Below, in pieces: positions 39,350-52,160 of a stretch of DNA of 64,000 bases. The notes beneath the pieces are model-generated. The model searched no databases, was not told the DNA's origin, and saw nothing but the letters and a program-made list of their open reading frames with translations. The position numbers and the translations under genes are program-made. Each line of letters opens with the position of its first letter. The stretch's first letter is position 1. The stretch spans positions 617,313-681,312 of the forward strand of contig RDEW01000021.1 of the NCBI GenBank assembly GCA_011109175.1, given 5' to 3'. Origin of the DNA: Dicyema japonicum (taxonomy: Eukaryota > Animalia > Dicyemida).

Positions 39350-40393
39350 ATGTTTACCACACTTAAGTACTTAAAGTACAAGTCTCCCCTTCATAACAAT
39401 GAAACCAATCAAGAGGCCTATTTGAAGTTCATTCTGGATGACCTAAGATCACTACTTTATATGCACGTGCAGGATTTTTGTGACGAAGTAATCCTTCTTA
39501 GCAATCTTAGTTTGTTAGACCTGAACTTCCCTCTTTGGTCTCCTCATATTTGTTGTACTCCCCAAGGTCACATTTATTTCTCACTAAAGGCACTATGAAC
39601 TGGAATGGATTACTTCGACCCTTAGAAAACTCAATGAGGACATCCACAAATGTGTCTATTTAGTGGTCCTCAGAGTCTGCATTGTATTAAAGACAGTAAC
39701 GTGGTAGGAAGGGAATGAGATTGCTCGGTCAGCCGTACTTACTCCCAAAAATTTCTTTAACCTCTGCGGGCTCTTCGGAAATCAGGACTTAATAAACCAC
39801 GACATAATGTCTGCCCACCAAAAGATTATGGACTTTTCAGTAGAGTTACCTAACTTTTATTGCCTTACAAATGATGTTGGGTACTCTTTTACTCTTAGGT
39901 ACTTCAGAATGTCCCCGATCTTGTCAAAATCATCGGTTGTGTGTGCGATGGTGTGAACATTCTCTACGAGCTGTCTCGATTGTTTGGATTTGAGTTATTC
40001 CTCGTGGAACTTTTGCTCAGGTTTGGCCGTACTTGTTACTCCCAGCTTAGCGGACTTGTATGAGAACCATATAATCCCCCACAGTAAACAGAAAATACCC
40101 GAATTGTCTAACCACGTGTTGTCATTTGCCAGGAAGACCATATTTGACATAATTAAGGGATCTCTTAGTTGTTTTGATTACACTCACTTCCTTACATATA
40201 GAAGGTATCACCTTATTTGAGTCTTATATTGGCTAAGGATCTTTCCATAAACGTGGTTCCCAAAGTAGAGTTGGTTGATGATGTCTCTGATGTGGACATT
40301 TGCTCGGATGCGTGTGTGGACGAGGAAGTGGAAGATCCCCATTATGAATTATATGAGGATGACTTTGAACAATCTGATGATTTATTATATTGA
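39350..40393 (+). CDS. Short ASCC2-like protein, about 300 aa, 6 micro-introns
   Basis: YLKYKSP, FILDDLRSLL..FCDE, SYLLYSPR, IHKCVYLVVLRV and FNLCGLFG correspond to the recalled ASCC2 N-terminal region; acidic tail; no CUE domain evident. Confidence 0.6.
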
Positions 40394-41149
40394 TATTATT
40401 TTGTAATATTTGATTGATATGCAAAATTTTATTTTTTTTATTTATCCCCGGTCCCTTCGAGTGAAAGAAACTGGTGGCAAACATAAACGTTACAGCCAAG
40501 AGCGGACACTCTTAGAGATATGACAGGTGTATTTGATTCTGTGCAGAACTAGGAGGTGGACCCGGAGCAAGATGTCAATGTACTCTGTTGGTAGTTTGCT
40601 TTATTGAGGAGGTAATTTATAGTGGATTTAGTAACTCCCAATATTCTTACATTATCTTAAACCTTGTTTTATTAGTTATGCGGGAAAATATATCAGCTGA
40701 AATCTTGGGGATTTGTAGATCTAAATCGCTTTAAGAGGAGGGACAACCGACAAGAGCGCATATAAATAAAAGAAGGGATGCGCTCAATCCAAGAGTTGTT
40801 TACTAGTTTATACCAAAGTTTGATAAATTTTTACAAAAATTGTCACACATGACATCATATTCAGAGTTGTTATACTATACACAGGCTTATTCCCTAGCTA
40901 CTCCCACACAAACTATTTGGTAGTTGCTTAGAGAAAGAGGTTGGTTTGTTCGTACAAATTTAAGCCGTTTTCTCTACGAGGTGACCCACACGAAAAGCTA
41001 TCTCCTTGAGCGTCCGCTTTTAGTTGTTACTTTTTTATTAGTCTCCGATTTCCTCCACTTGAAAAGACTGGTAATAAATGATAAGCACGACCATACATGG
41101 CGTGTGTATAAGTAAAATTATTCCAAAGACCAGCAACTACTAAGCGTGT

Positions 41150-41370
41150 GGTTTAATAAAATTATTCCAAAGACCAAGAGTAAACCATTCCAGCAGAACC
41201 TTCATCAAAACACAGTGACATAGAGATCGTTGTCCGGGGAGCTGAGATCGATTCCAGAACTTGTCGCCAGGGAGAAAAATTGTCTCCCGGAGGAATGAGT
41301 AGATGTATCCTTTTGAATGCCGGCCAAGCATCGAGTGGATCCAATGACGCCACCAGAGGGGGGATAAATC
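41150..41370 (-). mobile_element. SINE with shared core but an alternative tail (related copy 50900-51075)
   Basis: Reverse strand TGGCGTCATTGGATCC..GCTTGGCCGGCATTCAAAAGGAT core; tail ending TCTTTGGAATAATTTTATT. Confidence 0.6.
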
Positions 41371-41654
41371 TTCAATAAGGTAGCAGCATGGGACCACAAT
41401 TGGTATTACATTAAAATCCAATATAATATATCGGTTTTGGCATTAATGTTTTGTTTTCGAATCTTATATTTATGCTCATTAATTTTACATCTTGGAAGTG
41501 ACCTTAAATGACTCTCTGACTCTCCACCATAGATTAGCCAATTTATAATGACATAGGCTAGTACATAGTGGTTAATTACCAGTTCTCGAATGCCTGGACC
41601 GTGGAAGGTTAAATTAAGATAATATTAACAGGGGGTTGATAAAATCTCATGATT

Positions 41655-41830
41655 TTCACTAACTCCGGATAAACCTGATATACCATTTATTTAGTTCCCC
41701 CGATCTGAGTTGAACGTATCCTTCCACAGCATCTTGTACTCAGTATCCGCCATTATGAAAACCCCTCCACTAAAGTAGGGAAGAGAGGGATCCCTTTAAG
41801 ATGCCGGCCAGGCATTGAGGTTCTTCCGAA
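41655..41830 (-). mobile_element. SINE fragment (core and tail)
   Basis: Reverse strand GCCTGGCCGGCATC..AAAGGGATCCCTCTCTTCCCTAC..TGGAGGGG..TATCCGGAGTTA. Confidence 0.6.
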
Positions 41831-42250
41831 TTTAATAGTAACGCCTCTAGTAGTAGAAAGGAAGTTATTCGACAAGTAGTCTGACTGTTAACTAAATGCT
41901 ACGCAACCGACACACGACCACCCCTGATCATCTATGGAATGACTCCTTGAGTATCAGTTTATATAAAAAATTCAAAAATATTGTAAAAAATATTACTTTG
42001 TCCACTTAATCCCTCAACATGTTATATTTGGGGAAATATTACTTTTTCGAACGAGCAATGCTTANAGTAACCCCTCTAGTAGTAGAAAGGAAGTTATTCG
42101 ACAAGTAGTCTGACTGTTAACTAAATGCTACGCAACCGACACACGACCACACCTGATCATCTATGGAATGACTCCTTGAGTATCAGTTTATATAAAAAAT
42201 TCAAAAATATTGTAAAAAATATTACTTTGTCCACTTAATCCCTCAACATG

Positions 42251-43717
42251 TTATATTTGCGGAAATATTACTTTTTCGAACGAGCAATGCTTATTTTGGT
42301 GAAATAGTCTGAATTTGTCATTTTTGTCGAATATCCATTCGTGTTTCAGACCCTCCTCAGCCGTCATTCTGTCCGGGGGGTTCCATTCGAGACATTGGTA
42401 GATAAAATCTATGAATTTGTCATCATTTGTCTTCATAATTTTGTACAAACTCCTTGACCCCGGCTTACAGGTAGATTTTCCGTTCGTCCTTAACTTTCCA
42501 GATTTGTCTACCATAATGTCTCCCAAATACCGAAATACACGTGCCTTTTCATTCCCTGTTCGATAAGAAACGTGGGTGGAGAGCTCAACAACTCTATTAT
42601 GCACAAAAGCTGGTCCATTTCGTTTTTTCCTGCAAAAAGTGGTTGTCCCGTAAAAAGTTCAACCATAATGCAGCCGAGACTCCACATGTCGATGGCGGGG
42701 GAGTAGGGGATCCCCAAAATAACCTCCGGTGCTCTGTAGTACCTCGACTGAATGTACGTGTATACTTTATTAGAAACACTAGTTACGCTTATTTTCCTTA
42801 AAACAGCTCGAACCAAAGTCGGTGACTCGGCACGTGCGTCCAATGTTCGACTTTATGAGAATATTTTCCTACAAATATAGCACGTGGACAACTGGTTTTA
42901 GATCACAATGAATGATACTCGCACTGTGGATGAATTTGAGGCATTTTAAGATTCCAACAGTGAAATGTTTGATCTCCTGAACTGAGAAGCCTTCAAAGTT
43001 CCTCTTAACAAGGGAATCATACAGATTCTCCCTAACACTCCCCCACTTAACCAACCGCATCAACTCCAAAATGATACACAAATGTTTCCGAAAGTAAAAG
43101 TAGTCAATCATCTTCACAGTGTGACTACACTTGTAGTGATCATTGCTCTCAATGTATTTGAGCATCTCGATCTCGTTCAAACTGACTTTTTTATATCTTC
43201 ACTTTCAACAAATATAGTACTTTTTTCTGTTTCTCAGAATTTTCACGGCGACCAGAGTGTTCAATTTGTGGTCGTAGCACTTTAGTACTATGCCAAAAGT
43301 CCCCTTCCCGATCTCTTCGATTATCTCATAGCGGTACAGCAAATGATCTTTTTCAATCTTCCTTAACAACGACCTCTCAACCTTAATGTAGAATCCCTGG
43401 TCATCGTCAAAAATCTGCTTTTCATATTGGAGGGAGTTAAATTTGACAGAATTCAGTCCAAAGTGCCAAATCTCCTTGTAGGCAAGCATTTCGTCCCTCT
43501 CAAAAGGAGGAATGTAGTCTCTAAAGTATTTGAGGCACTCTAAGGGGGTCATTGAAGAATAAAAACCGATAGGAGTGATTGGGTAACTAATATTCTGGAT
43601 TTCTTTGTTTTTATGTTTTTCCTTGGGATGTCCGTTCACATTTTCAAGGAATGTGTTATTTCCCCTCCGTTTTGTTTGTTTAGTAAAAAAAGGCAGGTGA
43701 AACTTGGAATGGTTCAT
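42251..43717 (-). CDS. Class 2 DYRK kinase (DYRK4-like), about 432 aa, 7 introns (22-27 nt); start may lie further upstream
   Basis: DH box [47 protein letters not shown] and DMWSLGCI. Confidence 0.9.
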
Positions 43718-44569
43718 AATTTTGAGGTGAACGGCGTATTCATATAAAACAACCTCAGAACAAAGAACTAATTGTTGAGCTCATAATAACATTTTTTACG
43801 TCTGACATTGATCAAAGAGAACCTGTATTAATCCCAGTATTGTCACTTTTGCTAAGACCTATCGATCATTCCATTGGATTATTAGTGTATTCAAAGTTCA
43901 CTTAGCTTTTGTTCAGCTACTAGAGACTCCACAATCAGTTCCATATGTGGGAATAAATGGCACGACAAAGGTACATTTGGACTGAGGACATGCACGATGC
44001 TCATATAAACTGAACTTGGTTGCCTATTAATCGACCATTGTGGGAGACATTGAGGTTTTAGCGGTTATGGGGTTCTATTATTAGACCTCTTGATCCCCCA
44101 AGTAAACTCATCAGAAGGATATATTCTCTGACAGAATTATCTAAAAACTTGAAGACACACAACAAAATGATATTCGCACAGTAAAACCGATCAAATAAAA
44201 AATCATTATTATTTTTACAAACAATTCAATAACCACTTTGTCTTTGTCATTATAAGTACATCTGAACACCCTCAATTACAATCCCACATTAATTACAGCG
44301 CCTCCTACATATATTGAAAGTCATCATTGCATATCATTAGAAGGACAAACTCATCTTTCACGACATATAGGTTACTTCAAGTTCTCGAGTCACAAAGAAC
44401 TCGACCCTACACACATTCATGTGTAAAACATCTCGATAATTAGTCACAAATATAAAAAAAGTTAGATCACTCATAGGGGCATTAAAAAACACGGGGTACA
44501 TGACAAGCCAATCAATCAAAAATAAGTAGACATTTTATTTAAAAAATTAGATTTCAAATTATTAGAAAA

Positions 44570-46397
44570 TTAAATAATAAAATGTTTTCTCAGTTGTTCT
44601 AGTGAATGTCGAATATGTTTGATATTATCAATTTTACTAAAAATAACAAAAAACTCACCTAATCACATTATGGTAGAATGACAACACTACATCATCAGAT
44701 ATAGTGTCTCTCACATGCTCTCCACTCCGAGGTAGCTCACTCAAAGTAAACTGAAGCAACGTGCAGAAAACTTCCAATTTCATCATTCCAATCTGGTGGA
44801 CACACTTTGCAATCGAATTAAGGTGAGTTGGGTGGAACATTGAAGACAACAATATCTGAGACAACAGCTGCTGAGTCAGTTCCAGTGATGGCTGAGTCTT
44901 GGTCAACATACAGCACACAAAGGAACAGCACTGAGAGATCACATCCTTATTCTCACAAAACAGAGCGAAAAAAGCGCATCTTATAATATGGGGGGCATAC
45001 TGAGTAAAGGAATCTATGCAGTGGTTCACCAGTCTGGTGGATAGTCTGAAGAAATCCTCCGCATAGTAAGGATTATTCTTCACACCCTCAGAGTCCTTCA
45101 AAATGATGAGACTGGGAGGGATAATCGTTGATAGTAGTCCTGGAACGTCCATGAAGGTGGAATACTGCTCAATTAAAATGGCAGACAAGTAAACAAGTGA
45201 AGTATCCTGGAAGCTGTTAAAACAACGAATAATTATGGAAGTAACAGAATTCACCATCTCCCCAGTTAAATTAACATGCCGAATAATGTGCCTCACACAC
45301 CGAGCGTACAACTCAGATGCACTGGTATCATTAATAACTCGTGCAAATAACTGAATCATTGTAGGCCATATCAGGACAAGTCCATTAGTGGCAGGGTGGG
45401 GGGACTCTGTGTGACTAGTCAGAGACATGAAGGTAGAAGAAACAAGTTTAATGAACATTACGTGATCCACCGAGTAGTGCTGGACTAGTTGAATCATTGA
45501 CTGGAAGTAATGAGAGAACTGTTCCGCAGGAAGACGAGCAATGGAATGAGTCAGTGAACAGACTACAGACTGGGCGTACTGAGGACAGTTTTGGAGGGTA
45601 CATTGTAGAAGGGGGACAAGAAAGGGGGAGGTATACTCAATCGGACAGTCATTGGTAATAGAAGACAGGGCAATAGAAGCAGACTGTGATAGTTCTGGGT
45701 ATGACAAGGCTGTCTGCACGTGGTTAATTATTTGTTCTAATATTACTAACGGTGACAAACCTATATTGTTAGTCCTATGGGCGAGTATCCCCATAAGCTG
45801 GACTGAATAGGGACAGGGAGGTTTGCTGTAGATTTGTTGGAGGATTAGCTGGGCGTCCTCGTGGGAGGTTCTACGGTATAAAGGGGGATTACCTTCGATT
45901 ATTGACTCTCGATAGGACAAAAAGACAACTCTCATAATATTCACCGGTCTCCTCAAGGACGGCCATAACCTGAGCATTAACGAGTTCGGTCAGATTGAGT
46001 GACATCATCTGCGAGAGGGCGTCCTCAGCCTCTTCCCGAATAGTCTGACACGTGCAAATGTGACAGAGGGCGACAACAAATTGGTGAATGTTGTATTGAA
46101 TACTGTTTAAAAGTAGAGAGTTGAAGAAGTAGAGACCATTGATGACTGATTTCACGTGGCGGGAGTACAACAGATCCATCTGCATGTCCACCAATGGGAG
46201 AGCCAATTGTAGATGGGGGATCAGAGCACAGCCAATGTCAGAGATTATGAAGGACAGTTTGGTTACCCTGGGGGTAATAAGTAAGCATACTTTGTGTTGT
46301 CCCCTTCAAAGACGGCCGATTTGAAGACTTCTCTCAAAGGAAGAAGTGAGGGAATAAGATTGAGAAGAATTAGGGGGTTATCCTTTGAGAAATGAGC
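44570..46397 (-). CDS. TNPO3: Transportin-3 (importin-beta family), 5' part lost in the gap
   Basis: HEAT-repeat protein with ARCVRHIIR, SLVYLSAILIEQY and NNPYYAEDFFRL motifs resembling TNPO3; three 22-23 nt GT-AG introns join the ORFs. Confidence 0.75.
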
Positions 46398-46935
46398 NNN
46401 NNNNNNNNNNNNNNNNNNNNNNNNNNNNNNNNNNNNNNNNNNNNNNNNNNNNNNNNNNNNNNNNNNNNNNNNNNNNNNNNNNNNNNNNNNNNNNNNNNNN
46501 NNNNNNNNNNNNNNNNNNNNNNNNNNNNNNNNNNNNNNNNNNNNNNNNNNNNNNNNNNNNNNNNNNNNNNNNNNNNNNNNNNNNNNNNNNNNNNNNNNNN
46601 NNNNNNNNNNNNNNNNNNNNNNNNNNNNNNNNNNNNNNNNNNNNNNNNNNNNNNNNNNNNNNNNNNNNNNNNNNNNNNNNNNNNNNNNNNNNNNNNNNNN
46701 NNNNNNNNNNNNNNNNNNNNNNNNNNNNNNNNNNNNNNNNNNNNNNNNNNNNNNNNNNNNNNNNNNNNNNNNNNNNNNNNNNNNNNNNNNNNNNNNNNNN
46801 NNNNNNNNNNNNNNNNNNNNNNNNNNNNNNNNNNNNNNNNNNNNNNNNNNNNNNNNNNNNNNNNNNNNNNNNNNNNNNNNNNNNNNNNNNNNNNNNNNNN
46901 NNNNNNNNNNNNNNNNNNNNNNNNNNNNNNNNNNN

Positions 46936-47120
46936 AGGTACGGATAACACTGTCTACCTTAATTTGGACCCTGGTGTTCTCTACTACAGATTGCACCTTA
47001 TGAGTCCGCAACTTTCTGGTGTGGTGAAAACCATACTTATTGCATAGTAGAAGATGAAGACTCCTTACTACCTCGTTGTGCCTCCACACATAATCGTGGC
47101 AGAGCATGGATCCAATTGAT
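46936..47120 (-). mobile_element. RLE-type non-LTR fragment
   Basis: HDYVWRHNEVVRSLHLLLCNKYG..VQIKVD. Confidence 0.8.
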
Positions 47121-47599
47121 ATAAACATTATTACAAATTGTTTATTTAAACAAAATAATTTTTTTAACAATTAAACAAATGTCAGTTGGGGAAGCTTGCT
47201 GCGTAGATTGCGAACGAGTTCCCTCGGAGTATGGCTATTCCAATCTTTTGTCTTAGCCATAACCCTTATCGTTGATCCCTTTTCTTTCTGGCAAGCAATC
47301 CTTCGTCATTGGACCAACGGCTCCTGATGATTCGGTCGCTATAATTGTTTATTTAAAATTTTTTTAGCAATTATTAAAATTATTACACACGCTTTGGCTT
47401 GACGACTGACACCGTCATCACTTATCATTTCACTGCGGAACCGGATAGTCTATATAGGACATACTTCCAACAAAAAGAAAATAAAAGAAGTGAAGAGCAT
47501 TCTTGATTCTCCTTAAAATAAAGTGTGTGTTCTGCTTGAGGAGAGCGATAGCTGATGTGGCTCCTCGGAAAATGCATTTTTATTACAACAGCATTTGTT

Positions 47600-47850
47600 G
47601 TAGATTCTTTCAGAGTAACGGAGGGTTAGATTTGTGGAGATCACTGAACCGGATCGACCATTCTGGAGGTCCTTATGAGACAAGACTCCAGAATGCGGGA
47701 ATGTGGCCACGTACATTCAGTCAGCCGTCGAGCACGATCATGCGCAGACACGAAGGATGAACAAATGGCAAAGATGAGGTCACTGTCGAAGCGCATCGGG
47801 ATCACGTGATAATTAGTTTAGCTTTAACGTGGTCTTGGAATGTTAAATAA
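47600..47850 (+). mobile_element. LINE 3' terminal fragment (GIT* family)
   Basis: AKMRSLSKRIGIT* followed by TAATTAG; homologous to 10440-10690. Confidence 0.6.
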
Positions 47851-48111
47851 ATAATGAGATTCTAGTCGACCTGCCCGTTCTTGTTATTTTTCTCAGATGG
47901 TTCCTGTGAAATGAATCCAGCCTCTCCACTTCTTCTTTTGAGGTAGCCCAGGTAACATCGTTGCATAGCAGAATAGTTTTATAAGAGAATTGTATTGCAG
48001 TATAATTAGTCTGATGCTGATTCCTTTTTTGTGTTTTAGATTATCTTGAAATTTTGATGTAAATAATTTATTTAAATAATTTTATTAAATTTAAAATAAA
48101 CATGTTTAATA

Positions 48112-49632
48112 ATGAAAGAGTACTTTGTTGTTGTGTTATATTAGTGAATCAAAGCCATACTTGGTTTTGACTAAGGTCAATGTTAGACGCTGTGAGGGAA
48201 CCCTCTATCTGCTTAAACGTCACATTGGGTGGGTTCAGTTGGGCAGAACAGACTTTACAATTCTACATGAGTATTCCTGCATTAAAGTGCAACAAGTATC
48301 TCTGGATAGTAGTGAGAAGGTCAAACTGCAAATTGTTCTCTTTAATGGAAATACTTGCTCATTCCACTTTGTTAGGGGAACTTCAAAGGAGTCAAATACA
48401 TATGATAGAGACAAGGTCTCAGAGCTCCTAATGCAGTTGATCCCAAAATTTTACATCCCCGAGAACAATATAAACGTGAAACGGAAGGAAATACTAATGA
48501 ATGACCCCAAACTTTTTCGTATTTACAAGGAATTGGTGGTCTGCCAAATAATCACGGACGAAGTCTTCTGGGACGTCGTGGCTACTGAAAGTCGTCGAAA
48601 CGAGGTCCCAACGCAGGAGCACACAATATCGGGGGACTTTATCTCTAAAATGAAGGTGGATGACCATGCAACCACAACCCAGTGCTACAAACTCTCATCC
48701 GATAGTATTACAGCCATTTTCCGAATTTTCCCGCCAGGTTTTTGAATTTTATTACGTTTAGTGGAGACCAAGTACTCTGAGTTAGTCCCCGATAAAATGA
48801 CGGCTAAAACCTTTTGGGCTTATTTTTTACAGTCTCAGTACTTCTCCCGGAGGAAAGTGTCTCCCAAATCCTCAGCCAGCATATTCTCGGAGTGTTTTGA
48901 ACAGTCACTTATGTCTTATCGTGATTCCGTTAATTCTACGGAGAACAAGGAATCGTATCCAAACTTTGAAAAGTCAGACTTGGGCATCCAACAGAGTCTT
49001 AACCGACTCTCTAATTCTTTTATTGTTGATTCCCAGAAACGAGTTGCTCTAGAAGAGGAGAAGAGTCATCCTCCTCCCAAAAGGACAAATTATTCCGTGG
49101 ATAGGATTCACCTGAACAATTACTTTACCATGAATGGTGGAGATCCATACCATCCTGTTAATTTCGGCCAACAGAATGCCCTGAAGGCATTCTCTAACGA
49201 ATTCTCCAAGCTATTCAAACTACACGTGCTGAATACGAGTGAAATGGACTACTTGGGGACGTTTGGACTGTCCTTGGGGACACAGAATGGGAAAGTTACT
49301 GAAAAACTGAGCGATCAACACAAGGAGACACTATCTGCCATTTACGACGCACTTCATCAGCTATTGAAGCTATTTTGGTCTCTTTTTCCCATAAAGAATA
49401 AGGAGACAGAGAAGAAGGTGAGGTTTGTGGGTGATTGGAGGTTGGTGAGGTTGTGAGGGCGTTGAGTGTGTTTGAGACATCCAAGGTAGATGTTTTCGAA
49501 AAGAATCTGAATGATCTTAATATTCCTGGAGATGAGGTGGTCGAACATCTAAGAAGGATGATTTCTGTAGCTAAGAGTAAATATGACACGTGGGTATCCA
49601 GACTGACTTCTAAAAAGTTTCTATTGTCGTGA
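48112..49632 (+). CDS. GTF2H1: TFIIH subunit p62, about 482 aa, 3 introns (25, 24, 23 nt)
   Basis: N-terminal PH domain (EGTLYL..IKVQQVS..KVKLQIVL..FHF..RDKVSELL), BSD domains (IYKELV..ITDEVFW; FWAYFLQSQYF) and LLKLFWSLFP. Confidence 0.9.
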
Positions 49633-49663
49633 ATCTTAAATTTATACATAATATTGCTTTTTA

Positions 49664-50880
49664 TTATTGATGATTAAACTTGTAATTAATTTTATTATGT
49701 CGCTTTGGTGGCCTATTGATGTATTGTGCATTGGCACTGGTGTTCCTCTGGAATGAAGGGATTTCAATCAGGCCCGTTTGTGCATCCAAAACTTGCTTTG
49801 TATAGAACATAGGTTTTTTGATGTCTCCTAGATATTTCAACACGTCCGGGGTCACGAGAGAATGAAGACTTTCATCCATAATGAAGTATAGTAGGCATTT
49901 TCTGCCCTTGTTCGATTACTATTTTGGCATTGGTAAGGATTAGTACTAAGTTAAGAAATCACTGACTTGTATAAAAGCAAATACGGGTACATCGAGAAAA
50001 AAGTTTCTTTCGATAACAAATAGTCCTTTTGACGGAACACGTCCAATCTAGGTGTGGCGGTATTGTCTTATAGAATTGGGNGAACTATAGTAGGCATTTT
50101 CTGCCCTTGTTCCATTACTATTTTGGCATTGGTAAGGATTAGTACTAAGTTAAGAAATCACTGACTTGTATAAAAGCAAATACGGGTACATCGAGAAAAA
50201 AGTTTCTTTCGATAACAAATAGTCCTTTTGACGGAACACGTCCAATCTAGGTGTGGCGGTATTGTCTTATAGAATTGGGACTGAGTGCATTATTTTGGTG
50301 GGTTTCAGTCCCTGTCGACTTACCACTGATTTGTTGAAAGCAATTGTTCTAACATTATAAATGTGTTCTCTCTATGTAGCCATCCTAGTTTTATAATTTT
50401 CATCCAGGACTCGCTTATTCTGTTTCCCCCAATGCATATGTTTCAGAACGAGACCTGAATACACATGGGAGGGTGTAGAATGTATTATTTATTATTCGTA
50501 GTTATGTTACACAATGGTCGTTCTTATGGCTTTTCATAACTATTCCGAACGAGACCTGAATACACATGGGAGGGTGTAGAATGTATTATTTATTATTCGT
50601 AGTTATGTTACACAATGGTCGTTCTTATGGCTTTTCATAACTATTTCCTTCCATGGTAGATAACTCCAACGCAATTGGAGGTGTATTACTCTGTAATCCT
50701 CCCACCGTACTTATATTATTTTACGTCACCACCGCTTCATCCATTTTCTTACTTTTGTTGATTTTAGTTGTTTCTTAAGAGTTCCATAACTCATTCGGTT
50801 TGCTGGGGTTGGTTGTGTTCTCTGCTCTTAAACACAAATATGTTGGATGCACAGCCTCTCGTAATGATGATGGCACTTGT
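49664..50880 (-). mobile_element. Very eroded LINE-like relic
   Basis: Fragments DYRVIHL, LLLYKSVI and RKCLLYFI; many stops; no coherent host-gene model found. Confidence 0.3.
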
Positions 50881-51079
50881 CAAGCAAATATTTTACTTTA
50901 ATAAATAAAATTATTCCAAAGACAGAGAAGAACCAAACTAACTAGTTCCTTGATCCTAACGTGTTCTAAAAAATCTTCATCCAAGAACAGTGATTCAGAG
51001 AACTTTCCCAAGGAGCTGATTTTGATTCCAGAACTCGTCTAATAAAATCCTTATGAATTCCGGTCATGCATTGGTAGTC

Positions 51080-51240
51080 GTTGGGATGTCATAGTATAAC
51101 AACGGTCCTCGTTTGATTCCTACTTGGTCCAAAGTTTTCTTACTTTCCTATGTTCCTTATCTTTCCTCGTTTTTACAAGAATGGTATCATGTGATCCATC
51201 TGTCTTAGGTAACACCCAGAAAAGGATCCAAAAACTGCAA
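51080..51240 (+). mobile_element. SINE fragment
   Basis: GGTATCATGTGATCCATCTGTCTTAGGTAACACCCAG matches the core at 7843-7877. Confidence 0.55.
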
Positions 51241-51479
51241 GCGACTTCTGGTAGATAATCTTCCAAGTTCTTTCCATTTTGGATGGAATTTGAATCTCGA
51301 AACTTCCTGTAGTCGGCAATTCATTTGTTCAGAACTTCGGATCTCTTTGCCTCCTGAGTGTGTCACCTCTCCCAAGCCCATGAAAGAGGAAACATGAAAA
51401 TCAAATTATTATGAAGGATTAGAGTTTATTAATCTCATTTATTTAACCAACCAAAAAAGTTACTAATTAACCATTAGCA

Positions 51480-52160
51480 TCCTTCCTTGTTTGTCTATTC
51501 GTTCGATTCTGGTTGCTAGAACAGCTCAGAGAACGTATTGTATAATTGAGCCCTCTCCCCATATGCCATTTCTGGGCTCTGCCTCCTTTACTCCAGGGTA
51601 AGGCTCTCTAGGGTTAACTTTAAGTAGGCCTCGAGCTTCCTATCTACCCCCTAACCGTCTTTGATAGCCCTTGTGGTACTTTGCTGCAATTCCTTCACGT
51701 CATTGCTATTGGAATAAAGAGGATCCTCCAAGAATCAGCCCCATCTCGTTTGCAAGGATGACATACTTCCTTTTTTCTCCACCTCCACTGTCTACAAACG
51801 GTCTTGAGACGTAATACCAACTTGTATGATAAGTACTTTCCCAGACTTCTTATCATGTACCATAATGTCCGGTTTATTGTGCTTGACATCCACGAAGTTT
51901 GGCCAACAGTGTCTACCTTGATTTGCACCCTGGAGTTATCTACTACAGATTTCACCATACTTATTGCATAGAAGGAGATGAAAACTCTGCGCTACCTCGT
52001 TATGTCTATAGTCGTGGTAGAGCATGGATCCGCACCGAGTGTCTAAATGATCAACCGACACACTCCTTGGCTTACAAAAGAGCATGCATTTGTTGAATAC
52101 GTGTACAACGCCATGTGTATGTCCAATGCTCAAAAGAAGACCTTATGATGGTATTCAAGT
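51480..52160 (-). mobile_element. RLE-type non-LTR C-terminal relic
   Basis: SVDHLDTRC, RHNEVA, VQIKVDT and IPIAMT*. Confidence 0.8.
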
